A stretch of DNA of 64,000 bases, taken from contig CM126222.1 in the NCBI GenBank assembly GCA_052327205.1, positions 54,498,001 to 54,562,000 of the forward strand, read 5' to 3'. Made by a program: the position numbers and the translations under genes. Below the pieces are notes generated by a model. The model was not told the DNA's origin, searched no databases, and was given only the letters and a program-made list of their open reading frames with translations. This DNA comes from Somniosus microcephalus. Its lineage: Eukaryota. Shown piece by piece: positions 41,942 to 53,175 of this stretch. Numbering within the stretch: the first letter of the stretch is position 1; the number at the start of each line of letters is the position of its first letter.

Positions 41942-42175
41942 TGTTAAGTCTGTGTGTTCTAGTTGTAATTACTAACACAGACTACAAGATTAAAGTTCAA
42001 CAGGTCTTTACTGGTTGGAGGTCAGGACTATACTAAATACAATATTACTACACAGTGCTTATATACCGGTGGTCACCACCGGTATTACGTATACAGCAGC
42101 CAGAGAAAGTAGTACATCTCTTAAGGTGGAACAGGCTTAAGTTCTCTTAAGGTGGAACAGGTTACATACACCACA
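41942..42175 (-). repeat. 5' LTR
   Basis: Identical by eye to 37119-37352; followed by the PBS on the minus strand; TATATAAG on minus. Confidence 0.96.
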
Positions 42176-42854
42176 GTCCCGCCTCCATCGACTTCTGGCC
42201 AACCCACGCTATTTTCCCTTGATTGACCTCGTTAAGCCCGCCCAGTGGGTTTAGCTCTGTGAAGCTGTCAAACACTGACATTCTCTGTTGTTTGATGAGT
42301 CCTTGTATTCAAGATTCATCAAACCTATCTGCTGAGCAGAAATCAGATGGTTGTTGCATCGGAGAATGCAGCAACCATTCTGTCATCTCTGCCGGTGAGA
42401 TGGGGGAGTCTCCGGTTCCCCAACTGTTGAAGCCTGCAGGAAGAAACAAAGGTAAGTAAACATTTTCTATCACTTTTCACTCACCTCACATACTTACCTC
42501 TCCACACTTGCGCCCATCACTCACCTCCACAGCGCACTTTTGGACCCCCCCCTGACCCCCGCATATGTCGGGAAGCCCGCACTATCCCGACGTCGGGAAG
42601 CCCGCACTTGCAGGGGTAAAATGGAGTTAATCCTCTTAACTGCCTGTTAACTACCTGTTAACAGGCAGTTAAGTGGCTGTAATCCCTTCCTGCCTCGGGG
42701 AGGCGGCTCCCAGCGCGGGTCGGGTACCCGCCTCCTGGGAAGATGGCATGGAGGCGGGTTGGGGGCGGGACAGGCACCCGCCCCCAGATTCTGCCATTTT
42801 CCTGGCAGACCCGCCTCCCCAGGGCTGGGAAAATTGCCCCCAACGTATCAAAGA

Positions 42855-43910
42855 AGGGCGAGAGAAGACCATCAGGCCCATCAAGACCATCTCATCCAGA
42901 CAACAGTGCAACCCCTGATCCACCCTCTACGCATTTCCTGGAAAGGCAAAAACCAGAAATGAAGTATGGCCAATTCAGGAAAAGCTCTGGGAAATTCTTC
43001 TCCAACCCCCTAAGGCAAACAAGGAAGGCTCCAGGAGACTGCTAACAACTCTTTATAACCACAGCTATGTAGAAGCTTATCCTCTCTAACTAGGAATATC
43101 CTCTTAGGAATGTGTCACAGTCCTTTTTAACAGACTGTAGCAACTTGTTGCCTACTTCATCTTTCAATAGTCTGTTCCAGAGAGTGATAACTTTCTCTGA
43201 AAATATGTACTTCCCAGGATCTAACCTACTTCTTTGCCTAAGTATTTTACATACATGCCTTGTCGTCGTCCTATCTCTAACCATCTCAAATAATCTGTCC
43301 AACCAGACTGAATCAAAGCCCTTCATTGCTTTAAAAACCTCAATCATATCCTATCGAACCCTGTGTTTCTCGAAAGTAAATAGCACTAACTCTTAACTAA
43401 GCCTGATAACTAAGAGCGCTAAGGCTAGGTATCATTCTGTTAGCCCTTCTATGCAACTTATTCAGAACCTTATTATCCTGGGAAATGTGCGGGGCAAAGA
43501 TTGGACACAACACTCTCATGTGCAAATGTACCAGGGTCTTTATGGCCATTTTGTACTTAATGGTCCAGCCTAAAACCCTATTTGTTTTCCCTTTAGCCAC
43601 CTACACTGCTTGTGCACCTTTAATGAGCGATCAGCTATTTCCCCCCGGTATCTTTTTACTTGATCTGTAACATTTAATGGGTACCCCTGCCTGGAGTTTC
43701 CGAGCCACAAATGCATTACATTATATTTATCCATGTTAAAGGACATCTGCCACACATGGGCCCATTCCCCTAATTTGTCTGAATCAAGCTGCAACCTGTT
43801 GATTTGGTCTGAATTACCAACCCCTGTGCACATTTTCGTGTCATCAGCAAATTAAAAAATAGTTCTATTCATGTCCCCATGTAAATCATTAATGAAAATG
43901 ATGAACACTA
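42855..43910 (-). mobile_element. Old CR1 LINE fragment
   Basis: Minus ORF pieces LQLDSDKLGEWAHVWQMSFNMDK and IEVFKAMKGFD..FSEKVITLWNRL. Confidence 0.85.
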
Positions 43911-44250
43911 AACAACAACTTGCATTTATATAACACATGTAACGTAGTAAAATGTCCCAAGGTGCTTTGCAGGAGCATTATCAAGCAAAATTTGACACTG
44001 AGCCACATAAGGTGATATTAGGACAGATGACCAAAGAGGTCGGTTTTAAGGAGCGTCTTAAAGGAGGAAAGAGAGGTAGAGAGGCGGAGAGGTTTAGGGA
44101 GGGAATTCCAGAGCTTAGGGCCTAGGTGCAGCAATGGTGGAGCAATTAAAATTGGGGATGCACAAGAGACCAGAATTAGAGAAGCACAGATATCTCCGAG
44201 GGTTGTATGGCTGGAGGAGGTTACAGAGATAGGGAGGGGTGAGACCATAG
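43910..44250 (-). mobile_element. L2 LINE 3' fragment
   Basis: Same family as 25342-25812; LGPKLWNSLP..LSSFKTLLKT. Confidence 0.88.
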
Positions 44251-47200
44251 TCTTAACATGAAGCATTTCCAAGTCATTTCAGTGTCAAGAAGAATGGCAA
44301 TGGCATGTAGCACATGTTTCAGTTTCACCTCATAGTGCAGCTTAAAATAAGGTCCACTACGAACACTTTGTCTGAGGTGGTGCTAAGGAGTCATGTTCAA
44401 ATTGAAGCTGCCTCAGAGCTCCACACATAATTGCAAATGCTAAATGCATTGGCAGGGGTGCTGCATAAAGACCAGTGTTTGTCAAGTGCAAAAGTGACAG
44501 CAAGATTTAGTTTATGTGCAAAACCACACACGTTATTATAGTTACCCTCCTGAATGACCTTCACCATGTTCATCCTGTTGTCAGTTGCAATCACTCCCAA
44601 AGACAAATTAAATGGATAGGCCCACTCATCACTGGAACGTGGGGGAAACTTTGGAGCACTGGCTGCTGTGTGATTGCTCTCTAACTGTGCAACATTTAGA
44701 GGTGCAAGTCCACAATAGGTTTCCACAGAGCAGCCATAGGTATGTGGTGTGAAAGTAACCTAACATGTCATTAGTCTAGGATAGATGTTCATTGCAGAGT
44801 TGTTCCATGTGTGACTGGTGAGATGAATGACTCTCCTCTCTCTTTCTCTCGGCCTCCCTAACAAAAGACTTTTCTCAAATTGGCCAGAGTAAATTGAATG
44901 TGAAAACATAAAGCACAAAAAATATATTGATTACAAACAAATAAGTCATCTTTGGAATCTAATATATTAAATACAACTTTAGCTCAAGTGCAGCAATTTT
45001 ACTTATCAATTGTAAAACGTAAAGCCAATGGAAAGTAACTTAAAAATATAGACCTTTTGATTACCGTGGAGCATTAGTCACTTGGGAATGGATTGGCAAT
45101 CCCTTTTAAATGCTGTAGTGCTGTAATGTTGCTTTGTTGGACCTATTGGAATGAGAGGCAGGGATTTCCAGAGTTTAAGGCCTAGGAGCTGAAGGCACAG
45201 CCACCAATGGTGGAGCGATTCAAATTGGGGATGCACGAGACCATGAGGTAAATAAACTTCCAATTTCATGAAGTGGTCTTAGGGTGTCTGTTTGATTTTC
45301 GATTTCATAGGATATTGTCAGCGTCCTCACTGGCATTTTCTGCAGTTGCATTGCGCGTGTTATGCTAATGTTTCGAGGTGCTTTGAGCCGGATCCGACTA
45401 ATGCTGGTCATGAAGCAATTCCAAAACAGCTTTAAAAGCATCATTGCGATAAGTAGAAAAATGAGTCCACACACACCTGTCTCCTGCGTCAGTATTAATC
45501 TCGGTTTTTAAATGTTCCAAAAGCAAATTTTAACTCCTGGGTGGATGCACGGGTCACCCAGTGGGACAAGCGGTCCATTTTAACAGCCGGGCATCATTAA
45601 CATTCTGCTGGCCATTGAAAGTCCAACTATCTTCGCATGTACCGAAAGATCAGATTTCCCCAGCAGTGAGGAAGCAGTTTCTGATTTCCCCGTATGTCAT
45701 GCAAGCGAATCATCAGCAAAATCATATTCTGAGGTGAAGAAAGGAAAGCCAAATTGTCGGGACAGTTATTGTCACAAATCCTGAAGTTAGCAGCTGTAGT
45801 GAATGCTTGGTCACAAATTCTGTCGGATTTATTTTTCAGCACTTTCTGAAGAGAAAGGTTGAACTTTGGACCGCCGTAAGTTGCGTCATTTACACATGCT
45901 AACTTTTACTGTTTGGTGGCGTGTCTATCCAAGAACCCGTGGAACTGGAACCATCACTGCTAATCCTTTATTTGTCATCAAGAGTTACTGATCATGCACT
46001 GCTCCTAAGCAGCTGGATTCTGAAACCAGACTGAGGTTTTTCGGTCTGACAATGCTTCCTGCTCAGATCACTTTTATGGCAGAAGAAGATGGTGTTGACA
46101 TACCTCCATCGTTATGGTTACCGCTACTACCCATGTTTGCTGCAGATGCTCTCTTGTGAATAAAAATACAGCCTCGGGCAATGCAGCAAAGTAATGACAG
46201 CCACAACAGGACACATCTTTTTTGTTGCAGTTTGGGGGAAATCTTTAATTGGATGTGAGAGAGATGTTGAGACTCTTTATAATGTGTATATACTTCATGG
46301 AGCTATCCCGCCCCATGCTACAACAGGCACGGAGGAGTGGGAATCCATCCCGGCTCCATTTCGGGCCCAGAATTTGGCACAGGGCAGGCAGCCTCGCCCC
46401 ATCCGGGAGGCCCGAAGCCGGCCAGAAATTCGTCCTCGGTTCTCGGTCCTCCTTAGGCAGCCTCCACAGGCAGGCCGCGCAATAATAATTCACATTTTCT
46501 TTAGCTTAAAATGACTTTGAATTAACAGGGGTAGACTATAATATTTACCCAAAATAAATTACAATACTCTACGTAGCCTATTACAGTAAAACATGGCAAT
46601 GATTTTGATGCTTTGTACAGTAAAAATGATCTGATTTTTAAATTACTGTTTTGATACTTGATTTGTTGCAGAGTGAGCCACAGTTTACTGAATCAACAAA
46701 CAATAGCACGCAGACTTAACCCCATCCCTTCAAAGACAAGTTGCAGATCCAGCACCAAAGCAGGGTAAAAAAATTGTCAAATAAAATGCTCCAAGTGCAC
46801 AAACTTTAGGCTAACAACGTCACAGCTGAGTAAGGAGGCAGCAATGAATAGCTGCTATTATTCACTTTTAGTCCAAATGCATCATTTTTACTCCACCAGT
46901 GTTAGCGCCAGAATTAGGCGCTCTCGGTCGCAAAGGGTGTATGTCAGAAGTGCCATTTGAACAACTGCAGAACCTGCAGGAACCATTTTCAGCAGTTTTG
47001 CTTTGCTGGCTTCAGCTGAAACCGCGTGTATTTCTTGCTGAAGACAACAGGGAAAACCACAGCTTAGGAAAATCCAGGCTCCGTCCAAACTGTTCTGAGG
47101 GTAGCTTGGCGATAACTCAGCTCAATCAAACTGTCAAAATGAGAGTGAATTCAGATCTGTGAACTAGTTTGACAATCGTTGTTGGGTGCAAGCATAATAG

Positions 47201-47914
47201 CTACATTCCCACTGAAATCAAGGAGATCGTAATTGGCTCAGCATGGATCTCTGCATCTCACTTGTATGACCAACCACTTGAGTGAAGTCAAGCTGCAACT
47301 GGGCTGAAGTACCGTTCCTTTAAATGACTGGAAAGAGCCAAGCACAGTCCTATTTAATTAACAATAAGTGGAAACAGCACCTTAAGTGGTTCAAATTGGG
47401 CCAAGTCGATTTTCTTAATTAACGTATAAATGAGACAAACTCATCTCTCAGCCCAGTATAGAATGAGCGCGGGCTCAGGACACATTCCAGCAATAATATG
47501 AACACAACATAAAATACTGTAGAGCAGACATTCTTATTGGCAAAGCTCATGTATGAACACTTAACGCACTTAAACTACAATCCTGTGGGTGCCATTTTAA
47601 TGCAGGCATGAAAGCTTAACACTTAACGTAAAAATAGCCACACACACACAAACACATAGGTGAAATTCACTGATCAAAATTTCTACCCTCAGTTGTGATT
47701 TATTCTGGACGCATTAGTGCTGGTAACAATGGGTGACTGACAGTGGCTGAATAAGATCAATCCCAGTTTTGTTGCGTGGATTTCCAGGATTTTTACCGGT
47801 ATTTCGGGGATCATATTCCACAGTTCTGTTCATTTTTAATTAAATCGACTAGTTTATAGTGACTGATGATTAAGTCCGTCATCGTGCCCGCATTCTCCAC
47901 CAAACGAGAGTGCA

Positions 47915-50068
47915 CGGAATTGGAGGTAACTTTAGGATGTGGTCAGTAATTGGTTGAGAGGTAGGTGACGGCGAGTCTGGATAAAGGGAACGTTCTCTGA
48001 TTGGCAGGATATGATCAGTGGCATTCCCCAGCGATCTGTACTGCGGCCTTCACTTTTCTCCAAATAAATCAATAGCTTGGATGAAGGAATTGGAAGTTGT
48101 ATATCCAAGTTTGCAGATAACATTAAGTTGCGAGGCACAGTAAGTTGTGTAAGTGGGAGCAGGAAGTTACAAAGGGACGTGGACAGACTAAGTGAGTGGA
48201 CAAAAATGTAGGGAAGCATGAGGTCATCCACTTTGGATCCAAGAAAGACAAATTGGAATATTTTCTGGTTGACACGGCCCTCGACCGGGTCCGTTCTATC
48301 TCCCGCACTTCAGCCCTCACCCCTGCCCCTCCCTCCCGGAACCACGATAGGGTTCCCCTTGTCCTCACCTTTCACCCCACCAGCCTCCACATTCAACGGA
48401 TCATCCTCCACCATTTCCGCCACCTCCAACGTGATCCCACCACCAAACGCCTCTTCCCCTCCCCTTTCAGCATTCCGCAGGGACCGCTCCTTCCGAGACA
48501 CCCTAGTCCACTCCTCTATCACCCCTTCCCCTTTGCCTGGCACCTTCCCGTGCAAGCGCAGGAGATGCAACACCTGCCCACATACCTCCCCCCTTCCCAC
48601 TGTCCAGGGCCACAAACACCCCTTCCAGGTGAAACAGCGATTTACTTGTACTTCTTGCAATCTAGTATACTGTATTCGCTGCTCACGATGTGGTCTCCTC
48701 TACATTGGGGAGACCAAACGCAGATTGGGTGACTGCTTTGCGGAACACCTCCGTTCAGTCCATAAGGGTGACCCCGAGCTTCCGGTCGCCTGTCATTTCA
48801 ATTCACCGCTCCATTCCCACTCAGACCTCACCGTCTGCAGCCTCTTGCATTGTTCCACGGAAGCTCACCGCAAACTCGAGGAACAGCACCTCATCTTCCG
48901 ATTAGGCACTTTACAGCCTTTCAGACTCAATATCGAGTTCAACAACTTTAGATCATAACCTCGCCCCCTATTATAATTTTATATTTTTTATCCACACTTT
49001 TGCTTTGTGACTTTTCCTTTTTATTCCCTCTCTCCCACATGGCAGCTGTCTCTCACTCTGCCAGCGCATTTCACACTTCATCTAGAGCCATTGTCTGTTT
49101 CTTTACCTGTCCTATTACCATCTCGTCTCACCTTGAATATCTCTTAATGTCTCTTCTTTCATCCCCTCCCCCATTTCCCAGCCCCCAAACTGCCTTTTGT
49201 TTCATTTCCAGCCTTTTCTCTCAGTTCTGTAGAAGGGTTTCGACCCAAAACGTTGACTCTATTTCTCTCTCCACAGATGTTGCCTGGCCTGCTGAGTTTT
49301 TCCAGCATTTTCTGTTGTTATTTTGGAATATTTTCTTAATGGGGAGAGATTAGGAACTGTGGAGGTGCAAAGGAATTTGGATGTCCATGTACAAAAATCA
49401 TCAAACGCTAGTGCACAGGTACAAAAAGTAATCAAAAAGGCTGATGGACTGTTGGCCTGTAGCTCAAAAGGATGGGAATACTAAAGTGAGGAAGTGATAG
49501 TTCAGTTGTACAGAGCCTTGGTCAGACCCCATCTGAAGTACTATGTTCAGGTTTGGGCACCACATGCCAAGAAGGATATATTGGCCTCCGAGTAGAGCGC
49601 AGATTCACCAGAATGATACCACGGGTTAAATAATGAGAACAGGTTGCATAAACTTGGTTGGTATTCCCTTGAGTTTACAAGGTTGAAGGGTGATCTAATT
49701 GAGGTGTTTAAAATGATTAAGAGATTCAATAGGTTACAGAGAAGCTATTCCCTCTGGTGGAGGAATCCAGAAGACGAGAGCACAATCTTAAAATTAGAGC
49801 TGGACCATTTAGGAGCGAAATCAGGAAGCACTTTTCAGGCAAAGGGTAGTGGAAATCTGGAACACTCTCCCCCAAAATGCCGTGGTCCTGAGTCAAGTGA
49901 AATTTTCAAGACTGAGATTGCTAGATTTTTCTTAATTAAGGGGTATCAAGCGATAGGGAGCAAATGCGGGTAAGTGAAGTTGAGGTACAGATCAGTCATG
50001 ATCTTACTGGAATGGCAGAACAGGCTCGAGGGGCTGAATGGCCTACTCCTGTTCATATTTATTATGTG
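47915..50068 (+). mobile_element. CR1 LINE fragment interrupted by Penelope
   Basis: SGIPQ..KFAD RT remnant; resumes at 49323 with RLKGDLIEVFKMI and the CR1 3' UTR. Confidence 0.88.
48267..49322 (+). mobile_element. Penelope-like element (GIY-YIG endonuclease end plus 3' region)
   Basis: NLVYCIRCSRCGLLYIGETKRRL..EH..RKLEEQHLIFRLGTLQP; 14-bp TSD TTGGAATATTTTCT at 48253-48266 and 49323-49336. Confidence 0.92.
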
Positions 50069-50906
50069 ATTTTTTTTTTTTATAGGTGTTTTGGAGACTG
50101 TTCTGTGATATTGTCCATTTTTCCATGAAAACTGCAAATCAATGGCCTTGCCCAGGAGCCACTCTCTTACTGTGCTGGGTGGATTAATGTGGCGTGCATT
50201 CAAGCAACATTTGAGGAGTAAAAGGAAAACAAAAGATCTGGTTAACTTAAATATTTCACCAATAGATAAGGGCGCCGTGGGTCAGTTCTACAGCTTTGCT
50301 ACAATTGTCAGCAGAAAAAAAAACAATATCATATAATTATCTACCGAAGGCCACTTCCACAGCCGCTGCGCAAACATTTAAATTTGAATTAGTACTCCAT
50401 TAAGGTGATGGATTTGTGGAGCATGCTGAATATTGCAAGCTGTGTAAATGATGCTGCTACTCACATTGAGAGAGGGGTGATGGATGTTGATAATATTGGA
50501 GTGAAGTGGAGAGAAATGCCACTGGTATGAATGTTTGAGATGAGAACAGACTGGTCATATCCGTCACTGACTAGCTCCAAGGTCGAATGTGACTGGGGAG
50601 TACAAGATCCAGATGTCGTTTATCAAAACCTAGTGGGAAGTTTTGCTATTAACTCCCTCTGACTCAGGCCTTTTGCCTGAAATAAGAGTAGTAGTTCAGA
50701 CAAGGAGGTATGTGTAGGCCCTTTCGATCTCTTTTGCTTTTTTAAAATAATACCTCCATTCTTAGTCAAGATTTTCTTTTTTATTCTCATTAGGAATGAC
50801 CATAGGCCGCCAGCCTTCTGTAGACGTGATGGTATAGGTCACAGATGACTCCATGAGTGCCGCAATTGGCCATTGAGAGGATTAATTTACCTCTGGCAAA
50901 GATAAT

Positions 50907-51457
50907 GGGGTAGGAATTGGACCCCGTTGCGCCCGTTTTTCGTGCGTCAACGTCCTGCGCCCCAAGGACGCTTGGAAAAAAAAGTCTGACCTGAAATTGG
51001 GTCGGGTCATCTTTCAGGCATCCCTGGCAACCGCCTAAAAACAGGCTTCCCTTACATATGTAAATGAGGAGCAGAACGCCTGTTTTAGGCTTCCTCTCAC
51101 AAATTCAGCAGCGATGGGCGAGACTGGCGCTTCTTCTAAAGGTCAGGTTTTTCAAAGCTTCCTGTGGAGTCAGGAAGAGCAAGAGTGCATCCCCGACTCA
51201 GCAGTCCAAACCATTGCCCCGAACCATTGCCTGCTGCAACCCCTCTCCTGGGACTTACCTTTGGGCCGCTGTTGGAAAGGCAAGAACCCCAATATTCTTC
51301 TGAGTAAAATGAGCGAGCTGCCTATGGCGGCACGACAGGCAGCTCACAAAAAAAAATATTAATGAGGCTCGATGCCTTACTTTGGGCCGGCCTCGGGCCT
51401 CTCTGTTGGGGCCTCTGATTCGAGGCCTGAAAACAGGCCCGGACTAATTTCTATTCC
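50907..51457. mobile_element. Harbinger-like MITE
   Basis: AAT|GGGGTAGGAATT...AATTTCTATTCC|AAT. Confidence 0.72.
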
Positions 51458-52409
51458 AATATGTCAATTTTCTCCTCTCGTCTGAGCTGTGTCCCGCCAA
51501 AGTACATCGCTTCACCTCGTGCTTTATACATTCTCTCTGTCAAAAGGTTGTAACTGAGATTCTAGTCTGTAACCATCTGGTTGAGAGCCAGATGCTCCAG
51601 TGCTGGTGTGATTGGGCACAGATCAATTCTCTGACACGCATCAACACTGACAGTCAGTCTACCTTGTTAAAAAAAAATTAACTAAAATCTGGCTAGTCGC
51701 ATTATCTAATCAAGTGAAGTCTAGACTAGTAATTATTAGTGTTATTATGCTCATTTTATTAATTATTTAATTATAAGGTTCAGATTTTTTTTTAACATTT
51801 CAATGATTCTTACCCACAGATACAGTATATACCTGAGAAAAGATAGCTATGTTTGTACTCCCTCTGTCAGTGAAAGATGCTAGCTAATTGAATCAGAAAT
51901 ATGTTGCTACCTGTAACTTTCAGGACAGCTTCTTTTTTAAGTTTAATCTGTTAACAACGACTTGTCCAAGTGGTGAGATTGAATATTTATTATTTAGAAC
52001 ATGTGTCAGTATGCTTTTCAGCACAGGATAGTCCTCGAATAATTCTCAGCTTGACAGTGGTAATTTCATGCAGGCAAGGATCGCAGCAGGAGTTAACTTA
52101 ATGCACTGCAAAAAAACACAATGATCGATCACACACCACGAAAACACCAAAGTGCATCCGTACTTGGTGTCTGTGCCATAGCTGCAACAGGTTAAAAAAT
52201 AAACTCAAATCCACAGTCCATCCATTCATTACACCTGCAATAACTTGAAAATGTTGCTTATAATCAGACCTGCATATAATTAAGAGTCATGACGCCAATA
52301 CCCAACAAGAGATCAATCGAGTAGTTCTTAGGGATTTTGTGAAATTTATCACCAATCAGTAGCAACTGGTGCCTACTGTCAAAAAGTGCTATATCTATCT
52401 GTACTGACA

Positions 52410-52983
52410 TGAAACACTGGTTCGGCCTCAATTGGAGTATTGTGTCCAATTCTGGGCACCGCACTTTAGGAAGGATGTGAAGGCCTTAGAGAGGGTGCAG
52501 AAAAGATTTACAAGACTGGTTCCAGGGATGAGGGACTCCAGTTACGTGGATAGACTGGAGAAACTGGGGTGGTTCTCCTTAGAGCAGAGAAGGTTGAGAG
52601 GAGATTTGATAGAGGTGTTCAAAATCATGAGGGTTCTGGACAGAGTTGATAGAGAGAAACCGTTCCCATTGGCGGAAGGGGCGAGAACCAGAGGACACAG
52701 ATTTAAGGTGACTGGCAGAAGAACCAAAGGCGACATGAGGAAAAACTTTTTTACTCAGCGAGTGGTTAGGATCTGGAATGCAATGCCTGAAAGGGTGGTG
52801 GAGGCAGATTCAATCAGGGTTTTCAAAAGGGAGTTGGATAAGTACCTGAAGGAAAAAAATTTGCAGGGCTACGGGGAAAGGGCGGGGGAGTGGGACTAGC
52901 TGAGGTGCTCGTGCAGAGAGCTGGCACGGGCTCGACGGGCTGAATGGGCGCCTTCTGTGCTGTAACTATTCCATGATTCTATG
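52410..52983 (+). mobile_element. Young 5'-truncated CR1 LINE
   Basis: Uninterrupted ORF EYCVQFWAP..GYGERAGEWD; tail attccatgattctatga. Confidence 0.95.
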
Positions 52984-53175
52984 ACTGAATACTTAATTGC
53001 ACTACAAAAATGCATTAATTCCAGCTGAGCTAGAGGAAATGCCACCATCACTTCTAAATGTGTACAATACCAGCCTGGAACTAAATTCAGCATTCCCAAC
53101 TTGATATTTTCTCCATTTTATCAAATGCGTCATTCGTGATGCTGAACCAGCCATCTTATATAGTGTGATTTAGGG

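Larger units (their letters stand above)
37119..42175 (-). mobile_element. Full-length Ty3/Gypsy LTR retrotransposon (probably Mag-like)
   Basis: 234-bp TG...CA LTRs; 5-bp TSD GTCCC; PBS TGGCGACGAG, complementary to the tRNA-Ser(GCU) 3' end; PPT AAAAAGGGAGGA; domain order gag-PR-RT-RH-IN. Confidence 0.97.
37055..42841. mobile_element. Harbinger-like MITE split by the Gypsy insertion (37055-37118 and 42176-42841)
   Basis: AAC|GGCCTGGATTTT...AAAATTGCCCCC|AAC; colinear with the intact copy at 61911-62751. Confidence 0.85.

Noticed and set aside
41287-41978. Extra or antisense ORFs in the Gypsy leader (env or accessory gene)
   Set aside because: GC-rich repetitive leader; Arg/Pro/Ser-biased translations in several frames with no motif.
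45280-45900. CpG-retaining non-repeat stretch as a hidden exon or conserved element
   Set aside because: The part translated (about 45630-45790) has stops in all three + frames and the exon chain is complete without it; conservation cannot be judged without alignments.
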